Below are positions 1-11,440 of a stretch of DNA of 44,709 nt, piece after piece. Origin of the DNA: Acidobacteriota bacterium (GTDB lineage Bacteria > Acidobacteriota > Blastocatellia > Pyrinomonadales > Pyrinomonadaceae); contig JANOGL010000338.1 of the NCBI GenBank assembly GCA_031405985.1, positions 1 through 44,709 of the forward strand, in the 5' to 3' direction. Numbering within the stretch: position 1 is the stretch's first letter; each line of letters begins with the position of its first letter. The notes beneath the pieces are model-generated. The model saw nothing but the letters and a program-made list of their open reading frames with translations, was not told the DNA's origin and made no database searches. The position numbers were made by a program, and so were the translations under genes.

Positions 1-1
1 C

Positions 2-3000
2 GAGGAGTTTGTCGACGCGCCGGAGTTCGAAGAATTTGTCGCCCGCGAATATCCACATGAGATCGAAGAATGGGACAACAGTCTCAGCCGCCGCAAATTT
101 GTGAAAGTGATGGGAGCCTCGCTCGCTCTCGCTGGGCTTTCGGGTTGCGTAATTCAGCCTGCCGAGAAGATCGTTCCCTACGTAAATCCGGTCGAGGGCA
201 TGTTGCCGGGCAAGGCACGTTTCTTCGCGACGGCGATGTCGCTCGGTGGTGTCGCGACCGGTTTGCTAGCAAAATCTTACGACGGCCGTCCCGTCAAAGT
301 CGAGGGCAATCCTGAACATCCCGGCAGCCGCGGCGCGACCGATGTGCTTGCACAAGCTTCTGTCTTGGGGATGTACGATCCGGACCGCTCGCAGCAAGTG
401 ACTTATCGCGGCAATCCGAAGTCGTGGGAGATGTTCATGACCGAGTTTCGCTCGGCGGTTGAAACGAATCGTGCTGACGGCGGTGCCGGCGTGAGATTTT
501 TGACCGAGACGGTTACCTCGCCGACGCTGATCGATCAAATGACGAAGCTCAAGGCCGAGCTGCCGAATTCCAAGTGGATTCAATACGAACCGGTCAATCA
601 GGACAACGCGACGACGGGAGCTCGACTCGCGTTTGGCTCACCGGTGCAGACTATCTACAAATTTGATAAGGCAGAGCGGATCTTGTCGCTCGACGCCGAT
701 ATTTTCTCAGGCTACAACGTCGCGTATATAAAGGATTTTGCCAAGGGACGTCACTTCTCCGAGGAACACAAAGAGATCAATCGTCTCTATTCGGTCGAGA
801 CGACCGTCAGTCTCACCGGTGCTAAGGCCGATCATCGCCTTGCGATCAAGCCGAGCCAAATGGCCGAGGTTGCAATGGCGATTGCAAAAGCCGTTGGCGT
901 TGCCGGTGCGACTTCAACTTACGCCGAGAACGCGAAATGGATTGCGTCGATGGCGAAAGACCTCGTCGAGCACAAGGGCAAGTCGCTCGTAGTCGCTGGC
1001 GTCAACGCTCCGGCGGTTGTCCACGCGCTTGCGCATGCGATGAACGCAACGCTCGGAAACGCCGGCCAGACAGTGGTTTACGCCGATCCGTTCGCGCCGA
1101 ACACAGATAAAACTCAAGTCGAGCAGCTTGGCGAGCTTATCGCCGACATCGACGCTGGCCTCGTCAAGATGCTCGTCATACTAGGCGGCAATCCGCTTTA
1201 TAACACGCCCGCCGACTTAAAACTCAACGCCGAGCGAATGTCGAAGATTCCGCTGCGGGTGCATCTTGGGCTCTATGCCGACGAGACCGCCGAGCATTGC
1301 CACTGGCACATTCACGATAAACATTATCTCGAAGGCTGGAGCGACGCTCGCGCCTACGACGGGACGGTTTCGATCCAACAGCCGCTGATCGCGCCGCTTT
1401 ATGACGGCAAGAGCGTTCACGAGGTCGTGCAGCTTGCGTTGCGTGAAAATTTTGACAAGAAAGATCACGACATCGTCAAAGAGTATTGGCAAGCGAAGAA
1501 CATCACGCCGGCCGCTGCCGGTCCGGCAGCAAGAACTGAAGAGCGAAAGGCCGCCGAGGCCAAAACTGAAGCGAAGGAAACTACTAACTCAGCTGGCGAG
1601 TCTGCCAAAGAAACTCCAAAACCTGCCGCAGCGCCGACACCTGCTGCGGCCGCTGTTCCGGCAACTACTACGCCGCGAGGGTTCGAAGATAACTGGCGTA
1701 AAGTGGTTCACGACGGCATTGTTCCGAACACGGCTGCGGCGACCAAGAGCGTTACGGCAAACACGGCGTTTTTGAGCAAGCCGGAGCAAAAACCTGCTGG
1801 CGGCGGCAATGTTGAGATTTCGATCTTGCCAGATCCGAGCGTGTATGACGGCCGTTTTGTAAATAACGGCTGGCTGCAGGAGTTACCAAATCCCCTCAAC
1901 AAGGTGACTTGGGAGAACGTTGCTCTCATCAGCCCGAAGACCGCCGAAAAACTCGCAGCAAACACCGGTAACGAAGCTCGCGACATGACCGGCGGAGAGC
2001 AAGGCACTGCATTTATCAACACGAAAGGCGGCAACCAGTTTTCAGATCTCGTAACCGTCAAATATCAAGGCTCGGATATTCAAAAGGGTGTTCCGTTGTG
2101 GATAACGCCAGGCCAGCCCGACGACGTCATCACGATTTTTATGGGCTACGGCCGCACAAAGGCGGGCAAGGTTGGCACGGGTCTTGGCTACAGCGCATTC
2201 GACGTGATGCGTTCCGACGCGATGAATTACGGCTTTGGCGATGTGACAAAAACCGGCGAGCAGACGACGGTCGCCTCGACGCAGATTCACTTCAATATGG
2301 AAGGCCGAGATCTGCTTCGAATGTGGGATGTCGAGGAATTTGAAAAGCATCCCGACATGGGTCATCAGCACGACGAATATCCAAAGTCGATGTATCCGTA
2401 CGAACAGCATCAAGCCGTTTACGACAAACATTCTAAGTGGGGAATGACAATCGATCTCAACTCGTGCGTCGGCTGTAATGCTTGTGTGATCGCCTGTCAA
2501 TCGGAGAACAACATTCCCGTCGTCGGCAAGGAACAAGTCGAACGAAGCCGCGAAATGCATTGGATGCGCGTTGATGCGTATTACGGCGGCGGCGATATCA
2601 ATGAGCCCGAAGGTCCGTATTTCCAGCCTCTTTTGTGTCAGCAATGCGAGCAGGCTCCATGCGAAACGGTTTGCCCTGTGCATGCGACGGTTCACAGCGC
2701 CGAAGGCCTGAACGACATGGTTTACAACCGGTGCGTCGGAACTCGCTACTGCTCGAACAACTGTCCGTACAAGGTTCGCCGCTTTAACTTCTTGCTTTAT
2801 CAGGATTGGGACACGCCGCAGTACAAACTGATGCGTAACCCCGAGGTGACCGTGCGTAGCCGTGGCGTGATGGAAAAATGCAACTACTGCACGCAGCGTA
2901 TTTCGATCGCGCGTATCGAGGCTGAAAAGGACGGGCGCAAAATTAAAGACGGCGAAGTTGTGACCGCCTGCCAGGCTGTTTGTCCGACTGACGCGATCAT

Positions 3001-3210
3001 TTTCGGCGACATGAACGACCCGAACAGCGCGGTTGCTAAGTCGAAAAAAGATCACCGGGATTACAAACTTCTTAATGAGCTGAACACTCAGCCGCGAACA
3101 ACTTACCTTGCCGGTCTGAAAAATCAGAACAAGGAAATGCCGGACTACAAACCGCCGGTCAAGAAGGACGGGCCAAAAGTCGAAACCAAAACGGGAGGCG
3201 AGGCGCATTA

Positions 3211-3211
<1 letters not shown>
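2..3211 (+). CDS. actB: Alternative complex III subunit ActB (fused molybdopterin-like and 4Fe-4S ferredoxin-like modules), 5'-truncated by the window edge
   Basis: The frame is open from nt 2 with no stop. The twin-arginine signal SRRKFVKVMGASLALAGLSGC straddles the ORF-track GTG at 101, so the true start lies upstream of the window. The C-terminal half carries Cys clusters CVGCNACVIAC, CQQCEQAPCETVCP, CVGTRYCSNNCP and CQAVCP, typical of PsrB/ActB FeS modules. It is followed by actCDEF. Confidence 0.85.
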
Positions 3212-4654
<1,443 letters not shown>

Positions 4655-4659
<5 letters not shown>

Positions 4660-4675
4660 ATAGTGAATAGTGAAT
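4655..4675. repeat. Tandem heptamer AGTGAAT, 3 perfect copies
   Basis: Units at 4655-4661, 4662-4668 and 4669-4675. The array contains the actC TGA stop and the actD GTG start. Confidence 0.95.
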
Positions 4676-5212
4676 AACGAAGAACAAAAACTTCACGGCA
4701 TAATGGCCGAATTCGACACGGCGACCGAACTGGTCGACGCGGCGAGACTCGTGCGCGACGCGGGTTACAGAAAGACCGACGCGTTCTCGCCGTTTCCTCT
4801 GCACGAGATCGACGAAGCTCTCGGCATAAAACGTAGCATCCTGCCGTATCTGATCTTCGCGGGCGGAATCACGGGACTTCTTACGGGCATCGGGCTGCAA
4901 TATTTCGTTCATGTTTACGAGTATCCGATCATCGTCGGCGGCCGTCCGCACTTCAGCTTGCCGGCATTTATTCCGCCGGCGTATGAGCTGACCATCTTGT
5001 TCTCTGCATTCACGGCTGTGTTTGGAATGTTGTTCCTTAACGGACTGCCGTCGCCGTATCATCCGGTCTTTAACGTGCCGCGTTTTGCGCTGGCGACACG
5101 CGAAAAGTTCTTTTTGATTATCGAGTCGGACGATCCGAAGTATGACTACGCCGAGACGCGAAAATTTATGGAAGGCTTGGGCGCACAGGAGGTGTTTGAT
5201 GTCCCGGAATAG
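4670..5212 (+). CDS. actD: Alternative complex III subunit ActD (DUF3341-like)
   Basis: The N-terminus KLHGIMAEFDTATELVDAARLVRDAGYRKTDAFSPFPLHEIDEALG fits the ActD pattern, followed by two TM helices. GTG start at 4670 lies inside a heptamer array; an alternative ATG is at 4703. Confidence 0.75.
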   Translation: MNNEEQKLHGIMAEFDTATELVDAARLVRDAGYRKTDAFSPFPLHEIDEALGIKRSILPYLIFAGGITGLLTGIGLQYFVHVYEYPIIVGGRPHFSLPAFIPPAYELTILFSAFTAVFGMLFLNGLPSPYHPVFNVPRFALATREKFFLIIESDDPKYDYAETRKFMEGLGAQEVFDVPE

Positions 5213-5912
5213 AAGTCAGAATTCAGAAGTCAGAAGTCAAAATGGAAGAATCGGCGTCTACGGCTGTCTTCTGGTTTCTGCCTTCTGTCTACTTGCTTCT
5301 TCCTGTGGCGTCCGATTCGACATGCAGGATCAGCCGCGATACAGGGCATATAAGAAGAGCGAGTTCTTTCCCGACAAACGCGGAAGCCGAGATCAGGTTG
5401 AGGGAACGGTCGCGCGAGGACAGCTTCGCGATAACAAAGGTTTTTACACGGGCAAGGTCGACAATCCGAATCCGAACGCACAGGTTGAAACGACGACCGA
5501 TGCGATGGGCAACACGCTCGTATCAAGTTTTCCGAACGACATCGATGAGTTTCCGATTCCGGTTACAAAAGAGTTGGTTGACCGCGGACAGGATCGTTAC
5601 AACATTCACTGTATCGTCTGTCACGGACCGTTGGGTAACGCTGATGGAATGGTTGTTCGTCGCGGTTTTCCGCAGCCGCCGACGTATCATGATGATCGTC
5701 TGCGCAACGCGCCGGTCGGGCATTTTTACGATGTGATCACGAACGGCTGGGGCAAGATGAGCGGCTACTCGTATCAGATACAACCTGCAGACCGTTGGGC
5801 AATAGTCGCTTACATTCGCGCTCTGCAAGTCGGTCAGACGCCGGAAGAAAATTTGAGAATGACTTCGCGAACTGAAACAAACACAGCCGCGCCGCAGGGA
5901 GGTAATCGCTGA
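5199..5912 (+). CDS. actE: Alternative complex III subunit ActE (monoheme cytochrome c, probable lipoprotein)
   Basis: Single heme motif CIVCHGP. Signal or lipobox-like segment VYGCLLVSAFCLLASSCG. The conserved stretch MQDQPRYRAYKKSEFFPDKRGSRDQVEGTVARG is present. ATG 5199 is preferred over the ORF-track start 5142, which would overlap actD by 71 nt. Confidence 0.75.
   Translation: MSRNRSQNSEVRSQNGRIGVYGCLLVSAFCLLASSCGVRFDMQDQPRYRAYKKSEFFPDKRGSRDQVEGTVARGQLRDNKGFYTGKVDNPNPNAQVETTTDAMGNTLVSSFPNDIDEFPIPVTKELVDRGQDRYNIHCIVCHGPLGNADGMVVRRGFPQPPTYHDDRLRNAPVGHFYDVITNGWGKMSGYSYQIQPADRWAIVAYIRALQVGQTPEENLRMTSRTETNTAAPQGGNR
5211..5238. repeat. Tandem heptamer AGAAGTC, 4 copies (copy 2 is AGAATTC)
   Basis: Units at 5211, 5218, 5225 and 5232. 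The array starts 1 nt inside the actD TAG stop and lies inside the actE N-terminal coding region. Confidence 0.95.
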
Positions 5913-7129
5913 TGGCGAAGCTTGACGGATATTACGCTCCGGTGGAAATGATCACGCGTTGGCGCACCCTTTCGCTTGGGTTGGGCGGCATTGCCTTGAT
6001 CATTTGGGCTGTCGGCGCGTATTTCAACACCGAGCAGGCTTTGCGTTCGTGGCTGTTGGGTTTCATCTTTTGGGGCGGCATCGGGCTTGGTTCTCTTGGC
6101 GTGCTGATGCTGCAGTATCTCACAGGCGGCGCATGGGGCGTCGTGATTCGCAGAATTTTAGAAGCGGGAACTCGAACGCTGCCGGTCATCTTTCTGATGT
6201 TTATACCGCTGGCGATCGGCGTGTGGACAAAGAGCGTTTACGAATGGACGCATTTGCCTATTACGGATTATGCGATGGCCCATCGCGGCATTTATATGAC
6301 GCCGTGGTTTTGGATTGTGCGCTCGCTGATCTATTTTGCGCTTTGGGCGGTGATGATATATCTGCTCAACAAATGGTCGGCCGAGCAGGAAGCGACAAGC
6401 ACTGTCGAGGAATCGCGGCTTGTGCTCGAAAAGGCTTCGCGGTTCTCCGGCCCGACGCTTGTTATTTATGCGCTTGTGGTTACGTTCGCCGCAGTCGATT
6501 GGATGTTGACGCTCGACGCGCATTGGTTCTTGACTATCTGGGGACTGCTTTTTGTAGCCGGTTGGGCGCTTAGCTGTTTTTGCTTTGTCGTATTTATTTT
6601 GGCAAATATGTCGGACAAAGCTCCAATGGACGGCATCGTCGGCAAGCGGCATTTTCACGATCTCGGCAAGCTGATGTTGGCGCTCACAATGGTTTGGGCG
6701 TATTTCAATTTTTCGCAGTTCTTGATCATATGGGCGGGCAATCTGCCGGAAGAAACGGGCTGGTATCTGACGCGTATGAAAGGCGGCTGGGGCTATATGG
6801 GCATTGGCCTTATTGTGTTCCATTTCGCGTTTCCGTTTCTGGTGCTTTTGCAGCAGGATTTCAAACGACGGGCGCGATGGCTCGCGACGCTTGCGGTATT
6901 TATTCTCGTGATGCGTCTCGTCGATATGTTTTATCTTATCGGGCCGAGCAATCGCATTACAGGCGGCGAACAAGGCGCGTTTGTCATAAGCTGGATGGAT
7001 TTTGTCGGGCCGATCGCAGTTGGCGGAATCTGGCTTTGGTGGTTCTTTGGCGAATTGATGAAACGGCCGATCGTGCCGGCGAAAGATCCATATTTTGAGA
7101 GTGCGATCGAGCACGGACGAGGACACTAA
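5912..7129 (+). CDS. actF: Alternative complex III subunit ActF (polytopic membrane protein)
   Basis: 405-aa multi-TM protein. Its start overlaps the actE stop (TGATG at 5910-5914). Its operon position fits ActF. Confidence 0.7.
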   Translation: MAKLDGYYAPVEMITRWRTLSLGLGGIALIIWAVGAYFNTEQALRSWLLGFIFWGGIGLGSLGVLMLQYLTGGAWGVVIRRILEAGTRTLPVIFLMFIPLAIGVWTKSVYEWTHLPITDYAMAHRGIYMTPWFWIVRSLIYFALWAVMIYLLNKWSAEQEATSTVEESRLVLEKASRFSGPTLVIYALVVTFAAVDWMLTLDAHWFLTIWGLLFVAGWALSCFCFVVFILANMSDKAPMDGIVGKRHFHDLGKLMLALTMVWAYFNFSQFLIIWAGNLPEETGWYLTRMKGGWGYMGIGLIVFHFAFPFLVLLQQDFKRRARWLATLAVFILVMRLVDMFYLIGPSNRITGGEQGAFVISWMDFVGPIAVGGIWLWWFFGELMKRPIVPAKDPYFESAIEHGRGH

Positions 7130-7130
7130 C

Positions 7131-7165
7131 GATTGCGGATTTTAGATTGCGGATTGCGGATTTAA
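7131..7165. repeat. Tandem heptamer GATTGCG-type, 5 copies (GATTGCG, GATTTTA, GATTGCG, GATTGCG, GATTTAA)
   Basis: It fills the spacer between the actF stop (7129) and the next ATG (7170). Confidence 0.9.
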
Positions 7166-7169
7166 GGAT

Positions 7170-7703
7170 ATGTCGTCGAAAAAACATACAGACACGGTTG
7201 CTGAGCTGAATAAGCTTTACGAGGAGAACGAGATACAGCTCAAGGGCATCTTTTCGTTTGCCATCGGACTGTTTCTTCTCATCGTCGTGACATTCGGGCT
7301 AATGTGGTCACTGCTTGGCGTGTTGGAAGATTACTTCAAACCGGACACGAAGAATCCGATGGCGATGAGCGACATAGAACGCCTTCCGCCAGAACCTCGT
7401 CTGCAAGGCGCGCCGGGTTTTGGTGTGGATTCGGACAAAGGCCGTGTGAATATGGAGCTCGGGATTCCACAGGCCGAGTGGCGCGAGCTTAGAAAGCAGT
7501 GGGACGAGCTTTTGGAGAAAGGCCGCAAGGACGCAAAAACCGGAATGGTGTCCGTGATGCCGATCAACGAGGCAAAGAAAAAACTTTTGGAACGAGGCGT
7601 CAAAGCAAAATCCGGCGCCGATGCTGAAGCGGTGTTATCAGCTTCGCGTGAGTTTATATCTGAGGCTGGTTCGGGACGAATGGGAGCGCAGAAAAGAAGG
7701 TAA
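7170..7703 (+). CDS. Single-pass membrane protein with a PPEPRLQ motif, conserved-looking ACIII/oxidase operon accessory protein (function unknown)
   Basis: One TM helix (IFSFAIGLFLLIVVTFGLMWSLLGVL) followed by the soluble region ERLPPEPRLQGAPGFG...MPINEAKKKLLERG. It is embedded between actF and sco. Assignment as an ACIII subunit (for example ActG-like) is not supportable by eye. Confidence 0.55.
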   Translation: MSSKKHTDTVAELNKLYEENEIQLKGIFSFAIGLFLLIVVTFGLMWSLLGVLEDYFKPDTKNPMAMSDIERLPPEPRLQGAPGFGVDSDKGRVNMELGIPQAEWRELRKQWDELLEKGRKDAKTGMVSVMPINEAKKKLLERGVKAKSGADAEAVLSASREFISEAGSGRMGAQKRR

Positions 7704-7705
7704 GA

Positions 7706-7745
7706 GGGGAAAAGTGAAAACGTGACAAAGGGAAAAATGGAAAAA
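7706..7745. repeat. Tandem purine-rich octamer array (GGGGAAAA, GTGAAAAC, GTGACAAA, GGGAAAAA, TGGAAAAA)
   Basis: Period-8 units read directly. The array spans both candidate sco start codons (7722 and 7737). Confidence 0.8.
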
Positions 7746-8681
7746 GTTGATTTGAAAGTTGGTAAAGGAGTGACCGGCCTGGCGGCGCGGCGCGGTTTCC
7801 TTCTTTTCTTTTTCACTTTTTCACTCTTTCACCTTTTCACTCTGCACGTTTCGGCGCAAAAGAGTGAGCATTACGGGTCGCCGCTCTATTCGCCTAAGTA
7901 TTATGATCCGACCTCGGAAGCTTCGCAGACCAACGGATTGCCGCCGGTTTTGAAAACGGTCGGCATTGAGCAGAGACTCGGGTCGACGCTGCCGCTCGGC
8001 ACCGAACTCAAAGACGAAGACGGTAAAGTGGTCAAACTTGGTGATTACTTTAAGCCTGGTCGGCCGGTTGTTGTGACGTTTGTCTATTTCGACTGCCCGA
8101 TGCTATGCAATCAGGTTTTGAATGGGTTGACCGGCTCGCTTAAGGGAATGTCGTTCGACGCAGGGCGTGAGTTCGACGTCATCGCGATCAGCTTTGACGC
8201 TCGCGAATACGACAATCCGACGCTCGCGAAAAATAAGAAAGCGAGTTACGTGGAGCGTTACGGTCGAGTTGGAACTGAGGCAGGCTGGCATTTTCTCACC
8301 GGAACGCAGGCATCGATCGATGCTGTGACTTCGGCGGCTGGCTTTAGCTACGAGTGGGATGAGAAGAGCAATCAGTTCGCACACGCCGCGGCTGTGATGA
8401 TCGCTTCGCCAGAGGGCAAACTGACACGGTACTTTTACGGCATCGATTATTCGCCGAAGGATATTAAGTTTGGCATTATGGAATCGGCCGAGAACAAGGT
8501 CGGTAATCCGGCTGAGAAGCTGCTGCTCTATTGCTATCACTACGATCCGTCGACGGGTAAATACGGGCTCGCAATTCTGAATGTGATTCGACTAGGTGGA
8601 ATCGCGACACTGATAGGCCTTGGTGCGATGGGTTTTGTGTTTTGGCGGCGAAATAAGAAGAGAGAGTCAATTGTAAATTGA
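7722..8681 (+). CDS. sco: SCO1/SenC family copper chaperone (thioredoxin fold) for CuA assembly
   Basis: The motif FVYFDCPMLCNQVLNG supplies the CxxxC copper site, and there is a C-terminal TM helix. It sits immediately upstream of ctaC. GTG 7722 or ATG 7737 could be the start. The N-terminal hydrophobic segment FLLFFFTFSLFHLFTLH is encoded by an octamer repeat. Confidence 0.8.
   Translation: MTKGKMEKVDLKVGKGVTGLAARRGFLLFFFTFSLFHLFTLHVSAQKSEHYGSPLYSPKYYDPTSEASQTNGLPPVLKTVGIEQRLGSTLPLGTELKDEDGKVVKLGDYFKPGRPVVVTFVYFDCPMLCNQVLNGLTGSLKGMSFDAGREFDVIAISFDAREYDNPTLAKNKKASYVERYGRVGTEAGWHFLTGTQASIDAVTSAAGFSYEWDEKSNQFAHAAAVMIASPEGKLTRYFYGIDYSPKDIKFGIMESAENKVGNPAEKLLLYCYHYDPSTGKYGLAILNVIRLGGIATLIGLGAMGFVFWRRNKKRESIVN
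7809..7847. repeat. Inverted partner array (TTTTTCAC, TTTTTCAC, TCTTTCAC, CTTTTCAC, TCTGCAC)
   Basis: The reverse complement reads GTGAAAAA or GTGAAAGA type units, matching the 7706-7745 array. It encodes FFTFSLFHLFTLH of Sco. Confidence 0.8.
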
Positions 8682-9715
8682 TGATGCAATCTACAACGTG
8701 GATACCATTTTTTCCTGAGCAGGCCTCGACATTCGCGTGGCAGGTCGATCTTTTATATTTCTACTTGATCGCGGTGAGTGTTGCGTTCTCGATACCGATC
8801 GTTGCGGCGATCTTCTTCTTTGCTATCAAATATCGTGAGGTCGAAAAGTTTGCAACGCCCGAAGAAATGCACGGCTCGATGGTACTCGAAGTCGTTTGGT
8901 CGATCATACCGTTCGTCGTCTCGATGACTATTTTCTTGGGCGGGGCGATCGTATTTTTTAACCAGTTCACGCCGCCGGATGACGCGATGGAGATTTACGT
9001 CGTCGGTAAACAATGGATGTGGAAAGCTCAGCATCAAACCGGCCAGCGCGAAATAAACGAACTGCATATCCCCGTCGGCCGAAAGATCAAATTGACGATG
9101 ACGACCGAAGATGTGCTGCACGATTTTTCGATACCGGCGTTCCGCACAAAAGCCGACGTCGTTCCCGGCCGCTACACTTATTTGTGGTTCGAGCCTACCA
9201 AACCGGGAAAGTATCATCTGTTCTGCGCTGAATACTGCGGCCTAAATCACTCGGGCATGGGCGGTTCTGTTTATGTAATGGAGCAGCGCGATTTTGACAA
9301 TTGGCTGAGTGGCAATGTGTCGGGTCAGACGCCGGTCGAGATGGGCAAAGATTTGTTTGAGAATAAGCTCGGCTGCGCTTCATGTCACGCGGGCGGGCCG
9401 GCGCAACGCGGAGCAAAACTCGAAAATATTTTCGGCACCGAGGTAAAGCTTGTCGGTGGCGGCTCGGTAACGGCGAATGACGAGTATATTCGCAACTCGA
9501 TATTAAATCCGGCGTCGCAAGTTGTCGAAGGCTATCAGCCGATCATGCCGACGTTCAAGGGACAGGTGACCGAAGAGCAGCTCAACGCCCTTGTCGCGTA
9601 TATTAAATCGCTCAGCCCGAATGCCGCAACCTCGTCATCAACGACTTCGGCAGCGAGTAACGCGAATTCTGCTCCGGCGGCAAATAAAACTGCGATGTCC
9701 AACAGTAGTAAATAG
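8681..9715 (+). CDS. ctaC: Cytochrome c oxidase subunit II with fused C-terminal cytochrome c domain (caa3-type)
   Basis: CuA site [11 protein letters not shown]...[16 protein letters not shown]-terminal heme c motif CASCHAG. Two N-terminal TM helices. ATG 8681 overlaps the sco TGA by 1 nt; the ORF-track TTG at 8678 is less likely. Confidence 0.9.
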   Translation: MMQSTTWIPFFPEQASTFAWQVDLLYFYLIAVSVAFSIPIVAAIFFFAIKYREVEKFATPEEMHGSMVLEVVWSIIPFVVSMTIFLGGAIVFFNQFTPPDDAMEIYVVGKQWMWKAQHQTGQREINELHIPVGRKIKLTMTTEDVLHDFSIPAFRTKADVVPGRYTYLWFEPTKPGKYHLFCAEYCGLNHSGMGGSVYVMEQRDFDNWLSGNVSGQTPVEMGKDLFENKLGCASCHAGGPAQRGAKLENIFGTEVKLVGGGSVTANDEYIRNSILNPASQVVEGYQPIMPTFKGQVTEEQLNALVAYIKSLSPNAATSSSTTSAASNANSAPAANKTAMSNSSK

Positions 9716-9726
9716 GTTTTAAGATT

Positions 9727-11394
9727 ATGAGCGCGCAAGAAGCAACATCGAGCATATACGGCGGAACGAAGCTGAATTACATTACGAACGGCACGACGCT
9801 GAAGTCGTGGCTTCTGACCAAAGATCACAAGCGCATCGCGATCATGTATCTCGTCACGGTGTCGATGTTCTTCCTCATGGGCGGTCTTTATGCCGCCACG
9901 ATCAGGCTCGAACTGCTAACACCCACAAGCGATCTGCTCGAAACAGCTACATACAACAAAGTGTTCACTCAGCACGGCGTGTTGATGATCTTCTTCTTCC
10001 TGATTCCGTCGATACCGGCAATTCTTGGTAATTTTCTGATTCCCATTATGATCGGCGCGAAAGATCTTGCTCTGCCGCGCATAAATCTTATCAGCCTTTA
10101 TATTTACTGGCTGGGCGGCGGATTGACGCTGTTTGCATTGATTCAGGGGGGCGTCGATACCGGTTGGACGTTTTACACGCCTTACTCGACGACATTCTCG
10201 AATTCTTTCGTGATGCTAGTCGGTCTGGGCATTTTCATCAACGGATTTTCTTCGATCCTAACCGGGCTGAATTTTATTGTTACGATTCACACAATGCGGG
10301 CACCCGGAATGACTTGGTTCCGAATGCCGCTGTTCGTATGGGCGCACTATGCGACGAGTCTTGTAATGATCCTGGGAACACCGGTCATCGCGATCACGGT
10401 TCTTTTGTTAGCCATCGAGCGGGCGGCGCATGTTGGCATCTTTGACCCGTCGATCGGCGGCGACCCGATCCTTTTCCAGCATTTGTTCTGGTTCTACTCG
10501 CATCCGGCGGTTTACATCATGATCTTGCCGGGTATGGGCGTTATCAGCGAACTTATCTCGAATTTCTCGCGCAAGAAGATCTTTGGGTATGAATTCATTG
10601 CATTCTCGTCGATCGCGATCGCCGTGTTCGGTTTCCTTGTATGGGGACATCATATGTTCGTGGCGGGACAATCGATGTACGCGGGCATGGTGTTTTCGTT
10701 TTTAACCATGGTGGTCGCGGTGCCGTCCGCGATCAAGATGTTTAACTGGACGGCCACAATGTATAAGGGCTCGATCTCCTACGACACACCGATGCTCTAC
10801 GCGATCGGCTTCCTCGGTCTGTTTTTGATTGGCGGGTTGACCGGACTATTTTTAGGTTCGATGGGTCTGACGGTGCATTTGACCGATACATATTTTGTTG
10901 TCGCACACTTTCATTACGTAATGGTCGGCGGCCAGGTGATCGCCTATCTGGGCGGTTTACACTATTGGTGGCCTAAGATGACGGGTCGTATGTATTCCGA
11001 ATTTTGGGGAAAGATCTCGGCGATGCTTGTTTTCGTCGGCTTCAACCTGACGTTCTTTCCGCAGTTCATACTTGGATATCAAGGAATGCCGCGTCGTTAT
11101 GCTGCTTATCCTCCGGAATTCCAGGTGCTAAATATCTTTTCGACAGCCGGCGCCTCAGTTTTAGGTGTTGGGCTTTTGATGCCTGCGGTCTATCTGGTGC
11201 ACTCGCTAATTTTCGGCAAGCCGGCCGGCGATAATCCGTGGATGCTTCCGGGCCTTGAATGGCGAACGAGTTCGCCGCCGCCGACGGAGAATTTCGAAAA
11301 AATGCCGGTTGTTACTTGGGAGGCTTACGGATTCGGAGAAGATAGCGGGCTTGATCTGGAAGAGGCAAAGCGTCGCGAAGCAGTAAGGTTGTAA
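9727..11394 (+). CDS. ctaD: Cytochrome c oxidase subunit I (heme-copper oxidase catalytic subunit)
   Basis: 555 aa with 12 or more TM helices. Hallmark segments are [31 protein letters not shown] and HFHYVM. Confidence 0.95.
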   Translation: MSAQEATSSIYGGTKLNYITNGTTLKSWLLTKDHKRIAIMYLVTVSMFFLMGGLYAATIRLELLTPTSDLLETATYNKVFTQHGVLMIFFFLIPSIPAILGNFLIPIMIGAKDLALPRINLISLYIYWLGGGLTLFALIQGGVDTGWTFYTPYSTTFSNSFVMLVGLGIFINGFSSILTGLNFIVTIHTMRAPGMTWFRMPLFVWAHYATSLVMILGTPVIAITVLLLAIERAAHVGIFDPSIGGDPILFQHLFWFYSHPAVYIMILPGMGVISELISNFSRKKIFGYEFIAFSSIAIAVFGFLVWGHHMFVAGQSMYAGMVFSFLTMVVAVPSAIKMFNWTATMYKGSISYDTPMLYAIGFLGLFLIGGLTGLFLGSMGLTVHLTDTYFVVAHFHYVMVGGQVIAYLGGLHYWWPKMTGRMYSEFWGKISAMLVFVGFNLTFFPQFILGYQGMPRRYAAYPPEFQVLNIFSTAGASVLGVGLLMPAVYLVHSLIFGKPAGDNPWMLPGLEWRTSSPPPTENFEKMPVVTWEAYGFGEDSGLDLEEAKRREAVRL

Positions 11395-11422
11395 TGGAAA
11401 ATGGACAATTGAGAATGGAGAA
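11395..11422. repeat. Tandem heptamer TGGAGAA-type, 4 copies (TGGAAAA, TGGACAA, TTGAGAA, TGGAGAA)
   Basis: It starts immediately after the ctaD TAA stop (11392-11394). Confidence 0.85.
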
Positions 11423-11440
11423 TTCAAGGCAAATGTGTAA

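Noticed and set aside
2042-3208. 388-aa ORF on the minus strand inside actB
   Set aside because: It is entirely antisense to a gene with unmistakable FeS and molybdopterin-like motifs. Its sequence is Arg/Val-rich with no motifs, typical of a shadow ORF.
5242-5736. 164-aa + strand ORF starting at ATG 5242, just after the heptamer array
   Set aside because: It is in a different frame from the heme-binding CIVCHGP and from the conserved MQDQPRY...GTVARG block of ActE, and its product has no recognisable features.
6158-7126. 322-aa minus-strand ORF inside actF. The + strand alternate-frame ORFs 5959-6573 and 6580-7098 belong to the same case.
   Set aside because: These are Arg/His-rich shadow frames of a hydrophobic membrane gene. 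They have no start context or motifs.
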